From: Basidiobolus ranarum
Taxonomy: Eukaryota
DNA length: 36,296 nt
NCBI GenBank assembly: GCA_040143965.1
Contig: JASJQH010006934.1
Span: 1-36,296, forward strand
Direction: 5' to 3'
Numbering within the stretch: the first letter of the stretch is position 1; every line of letters begins with the position of its first letter. Shown piece by piece: positions 1 to 12,934 of the stretch. Made by a program: the position numbers and the translations under genes. The notes beneath the pieces were generated by a model. It was given only the letters and a program-made list of their open reading frames with translations, had not been told where the DNA came from and searched no databases.

Positions 1-508
1 TAGCAAGGATAGTCTCATAGGCGAGGGTCTTGACACGAGTGCGAGAGTGAAGAGAGGATCCGGGCTCGTTGAAAGCAATGTGACCATCAGGTCCAATACC
101 ACCGAGGAATAATTCAATTCCGCCAACGGAGCGGATTTTCTCCTCATAACGTAAACATTCAGCTTCAAGGTCAGGAGCGTTACCATTCAAGATGTTAACG
201 TTTTCGGGCTTGATATCAATGTGAGAGAAAAGGTGTCTCCACATGAAAGAATGGTAGCTCTCAGGATGATCCCTGGGGAGACCGACGTACTCGTCCATGT
301 TGAAAGAGATAACATGCTCGAAGGAAACTTCCCCAGCCTTGTAAGACTCGACCAAACGCTTGTAAACTTGGACAGGAGAGCCACCGGTAGGGAGACCAAT
401 GACGAAAGGCTTCTCAGCAGAAGGGTTGAATTCCAAGATACGACGCTTGATGTACTCAGCAATGTACTTGCTGACGTGATCGGCGTTATCGCGAATGACT
501 AATCTCAT
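1..508 (-). CDS. NAG1: Glucosamine-6-phosphate deaminase (NagB/GNPDA family), 5' part, runs off the window edge
   Basis: Missing from the ORF track. Manual translation from ATG 508: [45 protein letters not shown]...[21 protein letters not shown]...[20 protein letters not shown]...[14 protein letters not shown]. These are hallmark GNPDA motifs. Confidence 0.97.
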   Translation of the reverse strand, partial: MRLVIRDNADHVSKYIAEYIKRRILEFNPSAEKPFVIGLPTGGSPVQVYKRLVESYKAGEVSFEHVISFNMDEYVGLPRDHPESYHSFMWRHLFSHIDIKPENVNILNGNAPDLEAECLRYEEKIRSVGGIELFLGGIGPDGHIAFNEPGSSLHSRTRVKTLAYETILA

Positions 509-2155
509 ATTGAAGTGATTACAGGTAGAATGGTGGATGCAATCTGAGGTAAATCCTTCAACCTTCGGTGACTTTATATGTTTTATTAGAATCTTGAATT
601 CAATCACCCAATGAGTAATTGAATTCAATCTATCCAATCATCACATTGACACATTTCTATTGCGTGTTCAATTGAATTTTTCGCATTCCAATAAATTCAA
701 ATTAATCCATATATAGAGACATACTTTCAATCCCACACAAGATACCACTCACAGCACTACACACAACAAGCACATACCGTGCCATGCAACAAACCACGCA
801 ACATACTATATTGAGTTATTCGGAGATTCAGTGTACTTAGGACGCGAAATGGGATTCTCTTTTGTTACATGTTTTGCAACATGCTGTGAACATTGGAAGG
901 TTGCTTCAGCATTTGTTGACGGTACATATCTGAGTGTGTCACGATACCGACACTTGTGAGTGATTTACTAAAATGACCAAAGTCGTCCCAAGTAAGCCGA
1001 GGCTTTGGAATAAATAACTGACCAAATACCATAATTATACAGATCTTTGGAATACCGACCGGTAATATGGAGAATAGGTTACAAGAAAGGTCTGGTATCC
1101 GGATGACCACCACTGAGGGGCACTTGATCTTAAGTTCATTTACATATCTATATTTGTATTGAGCTAGACCCCAACGGATTCTTTCGATTATTCTGAACTT
1201 CAACGTACCGCTTGATCATCACGGAATCTCCATAGAATTACCCAGCTTTCTCAGCCTTGCTCCGATTGCTGTGTAAGGATCGTTGGGATGATCACATCGT
1301 AATTTTCCAGATAATATTTGGCTCGACAAGATCTGAGGTGTCGAGACCTCAGCCCCAGATTAACCTCTTTGCACTTCTGGCATCATGGAGGAGTATCTTG
1401 GTGTATCTGAGTAGTATGGCTTGTCAGTGTTCGTTTGAGAAAGTTCATCTATACTTACCATAAACAATCTAAAAATACTCTCCACATTTGTGTTCCTGTA
1501 TTTGAATGTGAATGTGAATGTGGATGTGGATATGCCATTGATGTCAATTTTGCAATACTGTGAGTGGATGAAAAGCAGTCAAGGTAAGAGGGAAGAAATG
1601 ATTGTAAATGCTCTTAAATGCTCAGATGAAGATTGTTTGCTTATTGAATATAAGCAAAGGGGAAAAGTCTGAGGTTGAAAGTAATGTAGTACCAGAGACC
1701 GCTTTAGAGAATCTGACCAATTACTAGATGTGGTATTATTTCTTTAGATCGAGCCCTAGTTTGGATACATAGTAATCTCATCAAAGTATGGATGCCAGGA
1801 CATGTTTAAGGTACAATGGAATATGTGGCCAAGAATTTTTACTATCATTACTGAATCTTTATTAGACACAAAGTATCCAAGTTTAGAGGCCAAACTATAG
1901 GTTTGAATGTTTTAGAAATGGTGGTGTAAACCATTCACGCTAACAAACACATCTTATTGCTACATGTAGATCTGGAAATGAGGGCAAAAATCTAGTGCTC
2001 ATTCTGTTTCAAGATTTGAATGAATCTCTCAGTAATATCGATAGTATTTTATAAGCTTACAACTGAGGTAGCAAAGGTAGGCTCCCATTTATTATGTTAT
2101 AAAGGTGGCTATTTATTAGTAATGTAAAGGGAAAAAAGCTATGCCATATTAACAT

Positions 2156-2459
2156 TTAATGATGTTCTTTATGTTCACCATGACCGTGAGCGTCCCAAGG
2201 ATGTTGTAGGCGCTATTTGTAACGATAATAACACGAAAATACGTTTAATAATTGAACAATAATAAACCTTCAGGTAAGCACCTAAACAATGGAAAGTAAA
2301 TGGAAATCTTACCAAGGTGACTAGACCGTCTTGCTTAGCGCGATACATCATAAAAAACCACATAGTAGCACCGAGAAGCTTAGCGGTATATCTATGGAAA
2401 CGACCTGCGTGAGGAGCATTGAAAGCTCCCCAGTTACTAGAGGAATGAGTACCTGACAT
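2156..2459 (-). CDS. NADH:ubiquinone oxidoreductase accessory subunit, NDUFB2/AGGG-like
   Basis: Exons 2459-2313 and 2212-2156 with a GTAAG...TAG intron give ...FHRYTAKLLGATMWFFMMYRAKQDGLVTL|RLQHPWDAHGHGEHKEHH*. The LGATMWF-x-YRAK-D and HPW + His-rich tail pattern is typical of the fungal subunit. Confidence 0.85.
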
Positions 2460-2845
2460 TTATATTTGTTATTGGGGACTTTGAACTAGAAGGCAAAGTA
2501 TTTGTTTCTTGTGAATGTCGACCTTTGTCTAGATTTGATGCTGTACTAGCATTAACTAAGATCAATTTGAGGGCCCCAAATAAGTTCCATTTTGGGGTGA
2601 AAATTTAGCTTGGGGTAGCTTAACTCTGCAGTTAGTATAGTTAAATCAAGGTTAGACGAGGTGTACACTGATTAAAATAATGGAACCTCTTCTGGTCTAA
2701 GTAACTGAAAGATAAAGGTGAATTTGGTTTATATGAATTCTTGACGATTAAATGTTGTACATAAATGCTTATGACAGGAGGTAAATAATAGAGAAAAGAA
2801 TTAGATAGATTAAGAAGTGAGAAGCAGTAAGCGATAAAACGATTA

Positions 2846-3858
2846 CTATTGAGCTGAATCATCATCGATGAAACCCAATATAAGCTCCCAAAGAGGAGCC
2901 AGCTCTTTCTTATCAATCAAGTCGAATTCGCGCACAAAAAAGACAAAGTGTTTGAAGGAGGTGTTCAAATGTGCTTCTTCTCCAAGGCCGACCACTTTCG
3001 AGAAATGTGAGTGATAAATATGCGCATACACTCGGAATAATCTCTTGAATATGTTGCGTACAGTTTGTGGGAAAGCCTTGGGAAAAGGGACGCCTTTGAT
3101 ACATAACTCATTAGCATACTAATATAATCGCTGATATTTGCAGAAATAACATAATATATACCAATTTTCGAAGGAAAAAGGGATTCGTCGTCGATTTGAT
3201 TTTGTATCCAGTTCATAAGATAGTCTACATATTCCGGCGCTGATACCTTGATAGGCTTTTTGAACTGTTGTCCATCAGCCCAGTGATATTCATATCTAGC
3301 AAATAGAGCATTTTTTGAAGTGTTAAACGAAATTAGATCCCTTGATCTGATACATTGAATCAGTTACCTTGGACCAGCAGACATAATAGGACATTCATCA
3401 GAAGTACAAAACTCATTCAAAGTACCGTACAACATGTTGACTTGATTAAAAAAATCGACAGCTATCTCGCAAAAAGCATTAGTCTACTGACCATTGAAAG
3501 AGTTTGAATAAATCTTACTGTGGATTGCTAGCCATTCATCTAAATCCTCTCCTTCTGGGAGAGTTACTGCTTGCTTTAGATTCCCAGAGCCCAAAGTAGC
3601 TTCCGCAAATTTCTTAAGTTGGTATTGTTTGGTTCCCTCTGCTATGTCTTTTTTAGGTTTGAAGGTGGCATTTTTATTCGAGGAGTTCCTAAGTAAACTT
3701 TTGTTAGCACCCTGAGCTAGTCATCAAATATTTAGTGCAAGAAAATATATGGTCTGCCTTTAATAAGGTTGAAATATTACATCAAAGCTACAATAAAACG
3801 ACATATGAAGACTCTGAAACGAGATGGCTTGGTATACTCACAACTTCAGAAAATTCAT
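2846..3858 (-). CDS. MOB1: MOB kinase activator Mob1 (multi-exon)
   Basis: Spliced peptides [138 protein letters not shown]. Confidence 0.96.
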
Positions 3859-4172
3859 TTTGTTGGGATTATTGTAAGAGACTATTATGAGAAGGGAACA
3901 ACAGATAGAGTTAATGAATGCTCGACAGCCGTATAATAACACTGGAATGTTTTTAGACTTGATCAAGATACTCCCATAGTTTAAATTCGAATAAGTTATA
4001 CTCGAAAACACAATCTAGATTACCCAATTATAATTGGTATATACTACATGAAAGGATTATCCAAATTCCAACATATTTATTGAATGTTAGACGGAATTTC
4101 ACCAGTAAATATATCTGAAGGTATCCTTATTCAAGGGAATTGATTATGTACAAATTATCGAGTATATTCTTG

Positions 4173-5410
4173 TCAATTCAGCCCGCAAATAGTAAGATCT
4201 CTCATCTGGGCCATAATATCATCCACCTTTCCCTGCACTTGATGAAGTGTTAGGTCTGAATCAAAGTCTGAACTAACGCTTTCGAACCTGGCTTGAGATT
4301 CTCTAGCGAACTTCAACTGTGATTTCACAAGAGCTTTAAATGACGAGTCCAACACTGCAATACGAAGGTCAGCTAATTTAGGCATTTGCTCTATAAGCTG
4401 TTGGTTGATGCCTTCGTAAGTTGCTTGAGCTTTACTTGCTGACACCTCTACCTGTATGAATATTTTGTAAATGAGCCATTTCAATTCGAGTAACATCCAA
4501 AGCTCTACATACATGTGCCGCCTTGTCAGAATCGCCTTTTTCGTGTATTTTACGCACTTTGGCTCGATAAGCGTCATAATCTAGAAGCTTTCGTCCACGC
4601 TTCTTAATAGTTTCATTGATTTTTGGAAAATACTCGCGATACTGATTCACAGGATCCAATACAGTTCTATTCATATTTTCAACCTGCAATGAAAACACTT
4701 AATAGATGATACTAAAAGCAACAAACGTTTCTCTCACCAACCAGATCAATACTACAGCTTTCTTCTAAGTCCAACACTACTTCCATATATCTACGTCCAC
4801 ATAAAGATAACTCGCCACCTTCATCATAAAAAAGGTCAATAGAGCGTGCCACTTCCACATGACCAATTGCCAAGTCTTCAATATCGAAAATCAATAAAGT
4901 TGAGATTATATATCAAATAGTTAAATCAAAAGCTCTACAGATAATAATAAGAAGGTAGATTACATACTTCTGATCGACTCTACATATTCCTTAGCGTATT
5001 TATGAAGGTCGTCGGCTTTAAGTTCCAGACTAAGAAAGTTGATTATCGTATAAGTAATATTACCGGGCATTCAAGTACTCTCTGGTTAGGTTTGGTAAAT
5101 ATATATCTACTTTTTCAATTTATGTTCTTGTTCATCAAAGGTTCGATCAACCTATAAGAGATAAATTAGAGAGGGCTAGATGTCGAATATTTGCACGAAA
5201 TAACATACAGTTTTTTCGATGGCACCAGTTTTTTGTTTTAGCTACACATTCCTTGTTTTAGTAAAAATCACCAATTACAGTATAAAAACAATGGGAACCT
5301 ACAGTAGTTCCAGCTCTATCAACCGCTTTTTTGAAACCAGACCTAAAATATTTATGTATTTAGAAGCTACCAAGTATACCACGTAAGTCAGATAATACAA
5401 ACCAACTCAT
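4173..5410 (-). CDS. RVS161: BAR-domain amphiphysin-family protein, Rvs161/Hob3-like (7 introns)
   Basis: Microexon chain MSW|SGFKKAVDRAGTT|LKQKTGAIEKT|VDRTFDEQE..., then TVLDPV..YFPKINETIKKRGRKLLDYD and C-terminal ...MAQMRDLTICGLN*. No SH3 domain. Confidence 0.9.
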
Positions 5411-5897
5411 CGTCTTCTAAACAGTTAATAATCTCAACCACCAAGTATTTAGAAACAAATGGAAATTACGCGATTTAGGTACAGTTTAGGATTTTTAGTG
5501 TCTGTTGCTTTAGTCTGTCGGGTTATATCGGACCATATATTGAAATTAAACAGATCTGAACCTCTCAAGACAAATGAATAGATTTCCTAAGCCTTATGGA
5601 ACAAATAGTTCAAATCGATTTTGAGCAGCACAGCGTTCATAGTTTACAACGAGTGATATATATTTAAGGATCATGCAGCCATGAATTAATTCTACGAATG
5701 CATGATTGAAGAATCTTGCCCAATCGAGTTTACTTGTTATTATAGGAAAAAGAGAATGGCCACTTAATATCTTCTAATTCGTGAATCAACAGAACCGTAG
5801 ATTCTGACGACCAAATAATTCTTGAATAATTAGTGAACTCAAATATTTGAGTATTTAACCAACTTACATTCGTAAAAGGTAACAGAACTTCCTGAAA

Positions 5898-7988
5898 ATG
5901 GTACAAGAGAACAGTAGCGATGTGCAAGTGAAGCGGCAGGCCGCATTTAATTTTCTATCTTCAATTAACCTCGGAAAGGAGAAATCTTCAAAACCAATCA
6001 ACGCAGATAACAGCCTGGAATTGACCGAATTTACAACTTCCAAATCTCCTGAATCTGAAATTGATTTAACGTTTAGTAAAATCGAACCAGTTCCTCCAGA
6101 TTTACTAGAAGAAAACGTTTTAAATCGAATAGCTAACGAAGAGGAATCTGGTAAACTTAGAAGAAAACCTACTTATAAGCGCCAATACACTCTAAAAGAT
6201 CGGAAAGCTGCCGATTTCCTGTCTAACATTAGCCTAAAAGCTTCGGATAATGAGTCGAATATTTCGGAACCTTTACCTAATGAGAAACAGACTATGGATG
6301 GAGTTGGAACACATGTTTCAGCCCGACGTGGCTCGAATGTTGCCACAGTAGCAAATGGATCTCAAGGTGAGTTCAACTGGTAGTTCATATTCTTTCTATT
6401 CCTAATTCTTTTCAAACCAAGGCCTTACGATACACCACAATATCCCTGAAAGTTTCGAACCTTCAAGTGAACAATTTCTCTCCTCGTCCTATCGTTCTGA
6501 AGCGATGATTGCACAATCCCGCAATCCAGTTTATACTGTTCACAGTGGGAAATTTTCCCGTAGTCAAACAGCAATGGCAGACGTTCAAAACTCTAGATTG
6601 ATTCTCTCGTCGACATCGGTTTGTGAATATCTTGCTATATTTGGGTAAAGGAGCATCGTGTTAAATTTTATTCTGTAGACTCCGGTTATGGTCTTTTCAG
6701 TGTTGAAATATTATGACGAGAAAACTAGACAACGCCGACGTAAAAAGTTTCACAACATCTCTTTGTAAGTATATTTAGTGTTATTTTCTATAGATGGCCA
6801 CCCTCTAAACACTCTGAATTTAGTGACAAGCTTACTGGTATGAGTGAAAATCTAAAAAAGAAGAAGGTAACTACAATTCACACCACCTCCATATCGGAGC
6901 TTTGCAACGGAGTATATGTATATAATCATATGTACTTATCTATTCTTGTGGTTCAAAGGCCGAATCTTTCGCACATTTGCTGATTCCGAGCTACAGTCTT
7001 GAGTAAGTCAAGTCCATAAGTACATATTTTTGTGGGTTGCTTACTGATACAGATTGGAAATGTTAGTAATGAAGCAAGCGAAGAATCCGATTACGATCCT
7101 TATTATCTTGATGACCCTGATCTAAAAACTGGAAAGCGTCGTACAGTAATTAGTTTGCCGGGATTTATGGTTTGTCTTTTCGCACCGTTGAGTCATAGAA
7201 CTGTGTGCAGTTGTACTGATGCGCATCATTCAAATTAGGGATCTATTATCCAATTCACCAAGCCTGCAGAGCTCAAGAAAGAGATCAACGATCACTTCCG
7301 ACAGACCCATTCAACTATAGATCCGGAGTTAACTCTCAGTAAAATTCGAAGTCTGAAAAACAAACTCGTGATAATTGCCAAGTATCAGGTATTGAAAAGA
7401 ATTATCCAACTCCAGGCCAGACCATTGACCTAACTTTACTCTAGGATCTTGAGATATCCACTGTTGCGAATGCGTATGCTTATTTTGAAAAGTTGGTCTT
7501 AAAGGTAACAATTAGTTACAGCAATTCCAAGATCTTCATCGCAATTAACCGTAGAGTATAGAACTATGTCCGCAGAGACAACCGAAAGCTGATCGCCGGA
7601 ATATGTCTATTTTTAGCGACCAAAGCTAATGAGCCGAAAGAGCGCGACTATTTGTCCTTGCTTGAGGTAGGGCCCCGAAGATTTGTCTTTTACTACCTTG
7701 TATTCACTTAATTACTCTAGAGTATCAACCGAGTTTTGGAAGTCACTCCCAAAGAACTTCGGGAGCAGGAGTTTGCGGTGTTTGCTGCTCTAGACTTTAA
7801 TTTGTATCTTCCCCGCAACGATTTCATGGCTCATTTTGAGAGAATTTTTAAACAACTAGGTCGGTACACTCTTGAACAGGCTTTCCGTCGTCTTGTATTC
7901 CAACTACTAACTCTATCCGTATTCTAATTTAGATTACAACAACGTGCAAGATTACCTCGGTGAAAATCTATTTTTTGTAGCTGACTAA
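5898..7988 (+). CDS. CABLES-like (CDK5/ABL1 enzyme substrate) cyclin-fold protein
   Basis: N-terminal AAFNFLSSINL motif (echoed by AADFLSNISL). C-terminal YDPYYLDDPDLKTGKRRTVISLPGFMGSII...ELKKEINDHFRQTH...LTLSKIRSLK...TVANAYAYFEKLVLK...NRKLIAGICLFLATK...EFAVFAALDFNL. Last exon ends at TAA 7986-7988. Confidence 0.88.
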
Positions 7989-8462
7989 TGACTTTGTCTC
8001 CGCACCCCTCCCCGCGTCCCTCAGAACTGTAGTTGCATTATCTGTAGCATATATTCGATATCTGTAACATATGTTCAATTACATGTTGATTCTGAACTGT
8101 ACCTTTTAATTTGCATTTCCGTGGCCATCATCAAAATATAATATATCGTCAGATTTGATGGGAAATAAATATCTTCTATATTGTGATTATAATTCAATGC
8201 TGGTCAATCTTACTAGTCACTGTTTCAATGGTCTGATTGGAGATTAGCTTAAATCACTGGAATATACACGTATGAATCCATGAACCTGATGAACTAAATT
8301 TTAGCAAGCAATTGAGGTAGTCAACCAATGAAACGCGACCGCCCGGAAATTACGAAACTTGTGAATGTAATAAATGATGGTGACTGCCGCGTGAAGGGTT
8401 CCTTTTAGTGGAATTATTTTCTTCTTTGACTCCGTTTCAATCTTGAAGTTTCGATCTAGAAA

Positions 8463-11276
8463 ATGGCAGAGGCTTTTATAGGTTTAAGAGTGAAAGTCAG
8501 TTTAGCTGATAACTTTATCCTTGAGGGTTTAGTATCTAGTATTGATCAGCAAACCCAATACTTAACTTTAACAAATGGTAGTGATTGTCACTTGAATTTT
8601 TCTAGTACATATATACTCATATATTAACTTGCTTTTTTTTAACGAAAAGTGTTGACTTTTTCTAATGGTATTCAACAACACCTACCATCATACGGAGTGG
8701 CTGGTCCAGATATTAAAGATCTACAAATCCTACCCTCCCAAGCTCCACCTCCTCAGCCTCAGCATCATATGCACTCTCAACCGCAACCTTCGGTACAAAA
8801 AATGTTACCTCAAAAATCCATGCCCAATAAAAATCCAGCCCCGATGCCACATAATGGATACCCATCAAATACTAATTCGTACCCTATTGTAAATGGAACG
8901 CAATACTCGCCTCAAGAACTTGTCGCAAATTCTCAAGCTACTGTTAATGCGACAAAACAAAACTTACAACCTCATATTCAAGCCTACAATACAAGTTCTC
9001 AAGCTACAGCTAGTAAATCTCAAGAGCATAGACAACGACAACAGCAACAACAACAACAAATATCCCCTCAAATGCCTCCAAGGTATCAACAAGAGGTTAC
9101 TCAATCTGCTAAATACCAAGAGCCAGTTTCCACTTCCCCTAACTATCCAAAAGCATCGAAGGGCTATATCAATACTGCACCCGCTCAGCCTAAAGCCCCT
9201 TATGTAGATCCGGCCATTGTATCGGTGGGGTTTTTAAGCCTGTATTCATATAATTTCCTAGTCTGATTTTGTTTCTCCATTAAGTTTACGCAACCCACCT
9301 CAACCACTACTATCCTACCTCGCCATCAACAAACCCATAGACCATCGCATGGGTAATTTTTCCAATCTACTTGTTTGCCATTGTTCATGGCTAAAATTCT
9401 ATTCTTTTCAACAGGCTCAAGAACTCCCGTCAGGCTGACTTTGTGGTAAATGAATTAGCGAGTAAAATTGCTTTGTAACTTCTCTCATCTTATTTACTTA
9501 TAACAGGAATCCAGGACTTCACCATTTATTCCACCACCTTCAATCGAACTCTCTGTCAATGATAAAGTTGATATTTGCTTAGATTATGAAACTTTACGCT
9601 CCGATACTGAGAGTCAATTGATCAACGATTCTGATGCTTTGGATTCTGACCAACCTCACATTGTCCATGGTGGTCATAAAAATAGAAAACTCAAACCCAA
9701 ATCAGTAAAGCAAAGAGCTCCTCAGTCGCCCGGTAAAAATAGAGGATATTATTCCGCCATTCACGTCCATTGCAATGATGCTAATACTTATTTGTAGGAC
9801 CCAAAAACTCTAGATACCCCCGCTCACCCGGGAAGAACATGAATGGATGGGCAAATGAAAATGTTAATGATTTTAAAAAACAAGAGTTTGATTTTCAACA
9901 TAATCTGGGTTTGTTTGATAAAAAGAAAGTGTTTGCTGAGATTAAGGTATGTACCAGGTCCTATTTAGCTTATACACCGAGATACCTTTTTTGATGTTTA
10001 TATATATTTCAATAGGAATCGGACTCTACAGATCCCGATGGCTTGCTTGTTAACATCAACCGTAATACTGGTTATAAGCCAGGTCGTCCAGTACCTCAGA
10101 ATTATGGTCCGTTAGAAAATGTGTTGGAAAGATCAAGGAAGCAAAAGTATTACGAAGATGATGATGATGAGTTGGATGAAGAAGACAACGAAACCACCAA
10201 CGAGGAGTCTGACCTGGAAAACTGGAAAAAGAATCAAGAGCCGATTGTAACTATACGTACTCTTACCGGAATTACCTGTCCCTTCGTCACCAAAGCTCAA
10301 ATGGGCGAGATAGAGAAGATTGCTGGTAAATATTTGATTGATTATATTATTCATGAATGTAGAACTTATTCGACCACTTGTAGCAACCGAAACTGGACCT
10401 TCTGAAGACCAAATCATTGAGAACGCTGGTAGAAGTACAGCCATCATGTGTTTGAAGGCATTAGGTTAGAAGATATCAATCACGTCAATATGATCACTTG
10501 CTTACCCTCTATTCTTGGAGTTTAGGTGGATCTCGTCGTATTCAGCCAAACAACCATAATGATGCTCCCTTAGTAGTTATACTTGCTGGTAATACTAAGA
10601 CCGGTGCCTATGGCCTTAGTGCCGCTAGACACTTGACGAATCACGGATGCGAGGTTATCATATGTGTTGCCGGAAAAGAAAGAGATATCATCAAAAGTGT
10701 GTCTGTACAATCAAAATATCTTAGAGCCAGTGGCGGAAAGATTGTTAAAAGCGCTGCAGGTAAATAGCTATAGTACTATGGGAATTGGATATGTCCAGTA
10801 GACTAATAATCATTTGACTTTAGAATTACCCGAAGCCTATACAGCACCAGTAGATTTGATTGTAGATGCTCTTCTCGGATATCAACCTTCTGCCAGGGAT
10901 TCAGACCATGATTATGATTTGGCCTCTATTAGTGACCTAATCGATTGGGCTAATGACAATAAGGCGCCTGTTCTTTCTCTTGATATGCCTAGTGGCTTCA
11001 AAGGTAACTTGGGAATTACATTACATTTGATACACTCTTTGGAACATTATTAATGACCAGTACTTGTTAGGCCAATTTAAGAGTGGCAATGCCATTCACC
11101 CCAAATGGACACTCTGTCTAGGTGCCCCTCGTTATGGGCTAAAGAGTCGCAATATGACCGGAGAGATTTTCTTGGCAGATATTGGCATCCCACGCATTCT
11201 TTACAAAAAGGTTGGAGTACGTGGTTGGAAGATGCCATGGGGGGCTGATTATTTAATTGGCCTAGAATATGCTTAA
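8463..11276 (+). CDS. EDC3: Enhancer of mRNA decapping 3 (LSm - low-complexity linker - FDF - YjeF_N)
   Basis: Start MAEAFIGLRVKV (LSm domain), P/Q-rich linker, WANENVNDFKKQEFDFQHNLGLFDKKKVFAEIK (FDF motif), and YjeF_N segments IIENAGRS, LAGNTKTGAYG, DLIVDALLG, VLSLDMPSG, LADIGIP. Confidence 0.93.
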
Positions 11277-11864
11277 ACGAAACTCCCTCGTTGTTTCTAT
11301 TCATATATATACATATTCCTCTTTCTCTTTCATTCTTCCTGACCAAGATTGAGATTGGTTTATTTTGTTTGTTACGCATTCACAGAGTAAGCCTATACAG
11401 CGTATGTATACATCTATCCTTTCTCCATGTGAACAGTGTTAATCATTCACCAAATGCAAGGCCTTAATATTCTTATTTTATTTTCTCTTACTTACGAGGG
11501 ATAGCTAAATATTCGTTCGGCAATTTGTATTCTTAAAACCACCTTTAAAACTTCTATGCATGTTTCAATTTCACCATAAATAAATCCCGATTTTTTTGTT
11601 AGAGGCGACAGTTCCATCATAGACACTCCTGGCCAAAGAGCAGGGCAGAACACTTAATTATGCGATCCTGCACTGAAACGAGTTAAAATAGACAGCTCTG
11701 ACAAAGAATGCAAGTGGTAGTATAATGGTTTTGACGATGCTAGCTTCACCTCGGAGGTATTGAATTGCGAATATAATAAAAACGGGAGGTTCATGGTGGG
11801 AAGAATCAACAGATTTCTTCATAGATCAATCTCTTTGATTTATTATTTTTCAGAATTTATCTAG

Positions 11865-12878
11865 ATGAAGATGCTGATACCTTTGGTGAATTGGATCCTA
11901 TTACCATTAAGTGTCCTTCAGGTTGTTCAGTCCAATTTCACTTGCCCTTCGATCAATATACGAAAAGAGATTAGACAACTAGCCCCTAAGGATCTGGATG
12001 AGGTATTCCGAGTGATTGAGATATTACGAAATAATGGCGAATATGATAATATGATGGACCTATTCTACAAAAATGTTCAGGAGCGTGCTCTATCTCCCTC
12101 ACTATTTCCATGGCAACGGATTTTTCTGAAGAAATTGGAACTTGGAATGCAAAGAATTTCGCCCAACATTACTCTACCATATTGGGTAATGACAATATTT
12201 CCACTCCATTCCTTTCTCAAATCATAAAATGGCTAACATTCGAGTTGAAACTTAGGACTGGTCATTAGAAGTGAAAATTCCAGATCGTAGCACAATGTTA
12301 AGGTTATTCCAAAAAAAGTCAAATCCTGTTTGTATAGGAACATCGAGTGAGCGGAGTCCATTAGTGAGTAGGAAATCCCCTTGCTTAGACCTCAAAGTTC
12401 AAGATCCTATTCGCTTCTTTTCACCTGAGTTTTTGGTATTTTTCCTTGGGAAATATCCCACGTTTGAAGAATTCCATAAAAGACTGGAACTTTTGAATGC
12501 TAAAATCCATATGGAGCTACAGAATATGGCTGGGAATCGGATTCAGCTGAGAGAGTAAGTGGCATACCAAATACTGAATGACAACGATCTCTCAATACTA
12601 ACAGCTTGCTTAGTCCAATCAATCTGTTTCAAGCAGCATTCATGGATAAACTCTATGCCACTTGGCAAGAGTTGCACCCAAAAGCAGTCTACAACGAGAC
12701 AAATTCGAAAGTAGAAACCAAAGTGACACCACAAGCCTCTCAATCGGCACTTGTTAGTTTAGACTCCAAAGCCACCAACACCGCCGACCTGTGCTTTGAG
12801 TACTCCAAAGTGAACCATTCACTCTCCAAGTCACGGATTAAATTGATGAAGGACTCGTTCGGTTCACCAAAATATTAA
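11865..12878 (+). CDS. Secreted tyrosinase-fold protein lacking most copper-binding histidines (probable pseudo-enzyme)
   Basis: Exons 11865-12185, 12256-12554 and 12605-12878 splice in frame. Signal peptide present. IRKEIRQL, LFPWQR, LPYW|DWS, AFMDKLYATWQ and LCFEYS align with the tyrosinase at 15090-16408. Confidence 0.82.
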
Positions 12879-12934
12879 TATTATTGAATTCCTTTATTTA
12901 AACCATACAACTAAGTAATGAAGCGTTCAAAGTA

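Noticed and set aside
187-502. ORFs 187-462(-) and 221-502(+)
   Set aside because: They are shadow frames of the deaminase CDS.
1400-1540. Selenoprotein via a TGA formed at a splice junction (MAYPHPHSHS...DCL-TGA)
   Set aside because: Further in-frame stops follow, and I recognised no selenoprotein family or SECIS element.
3690-3841. Possible 7-nt microexon in the long first MOB1 intron
   Set aside because: Including it breaks the frame, while direct splicing gives a normal Mob1 N-terminus.
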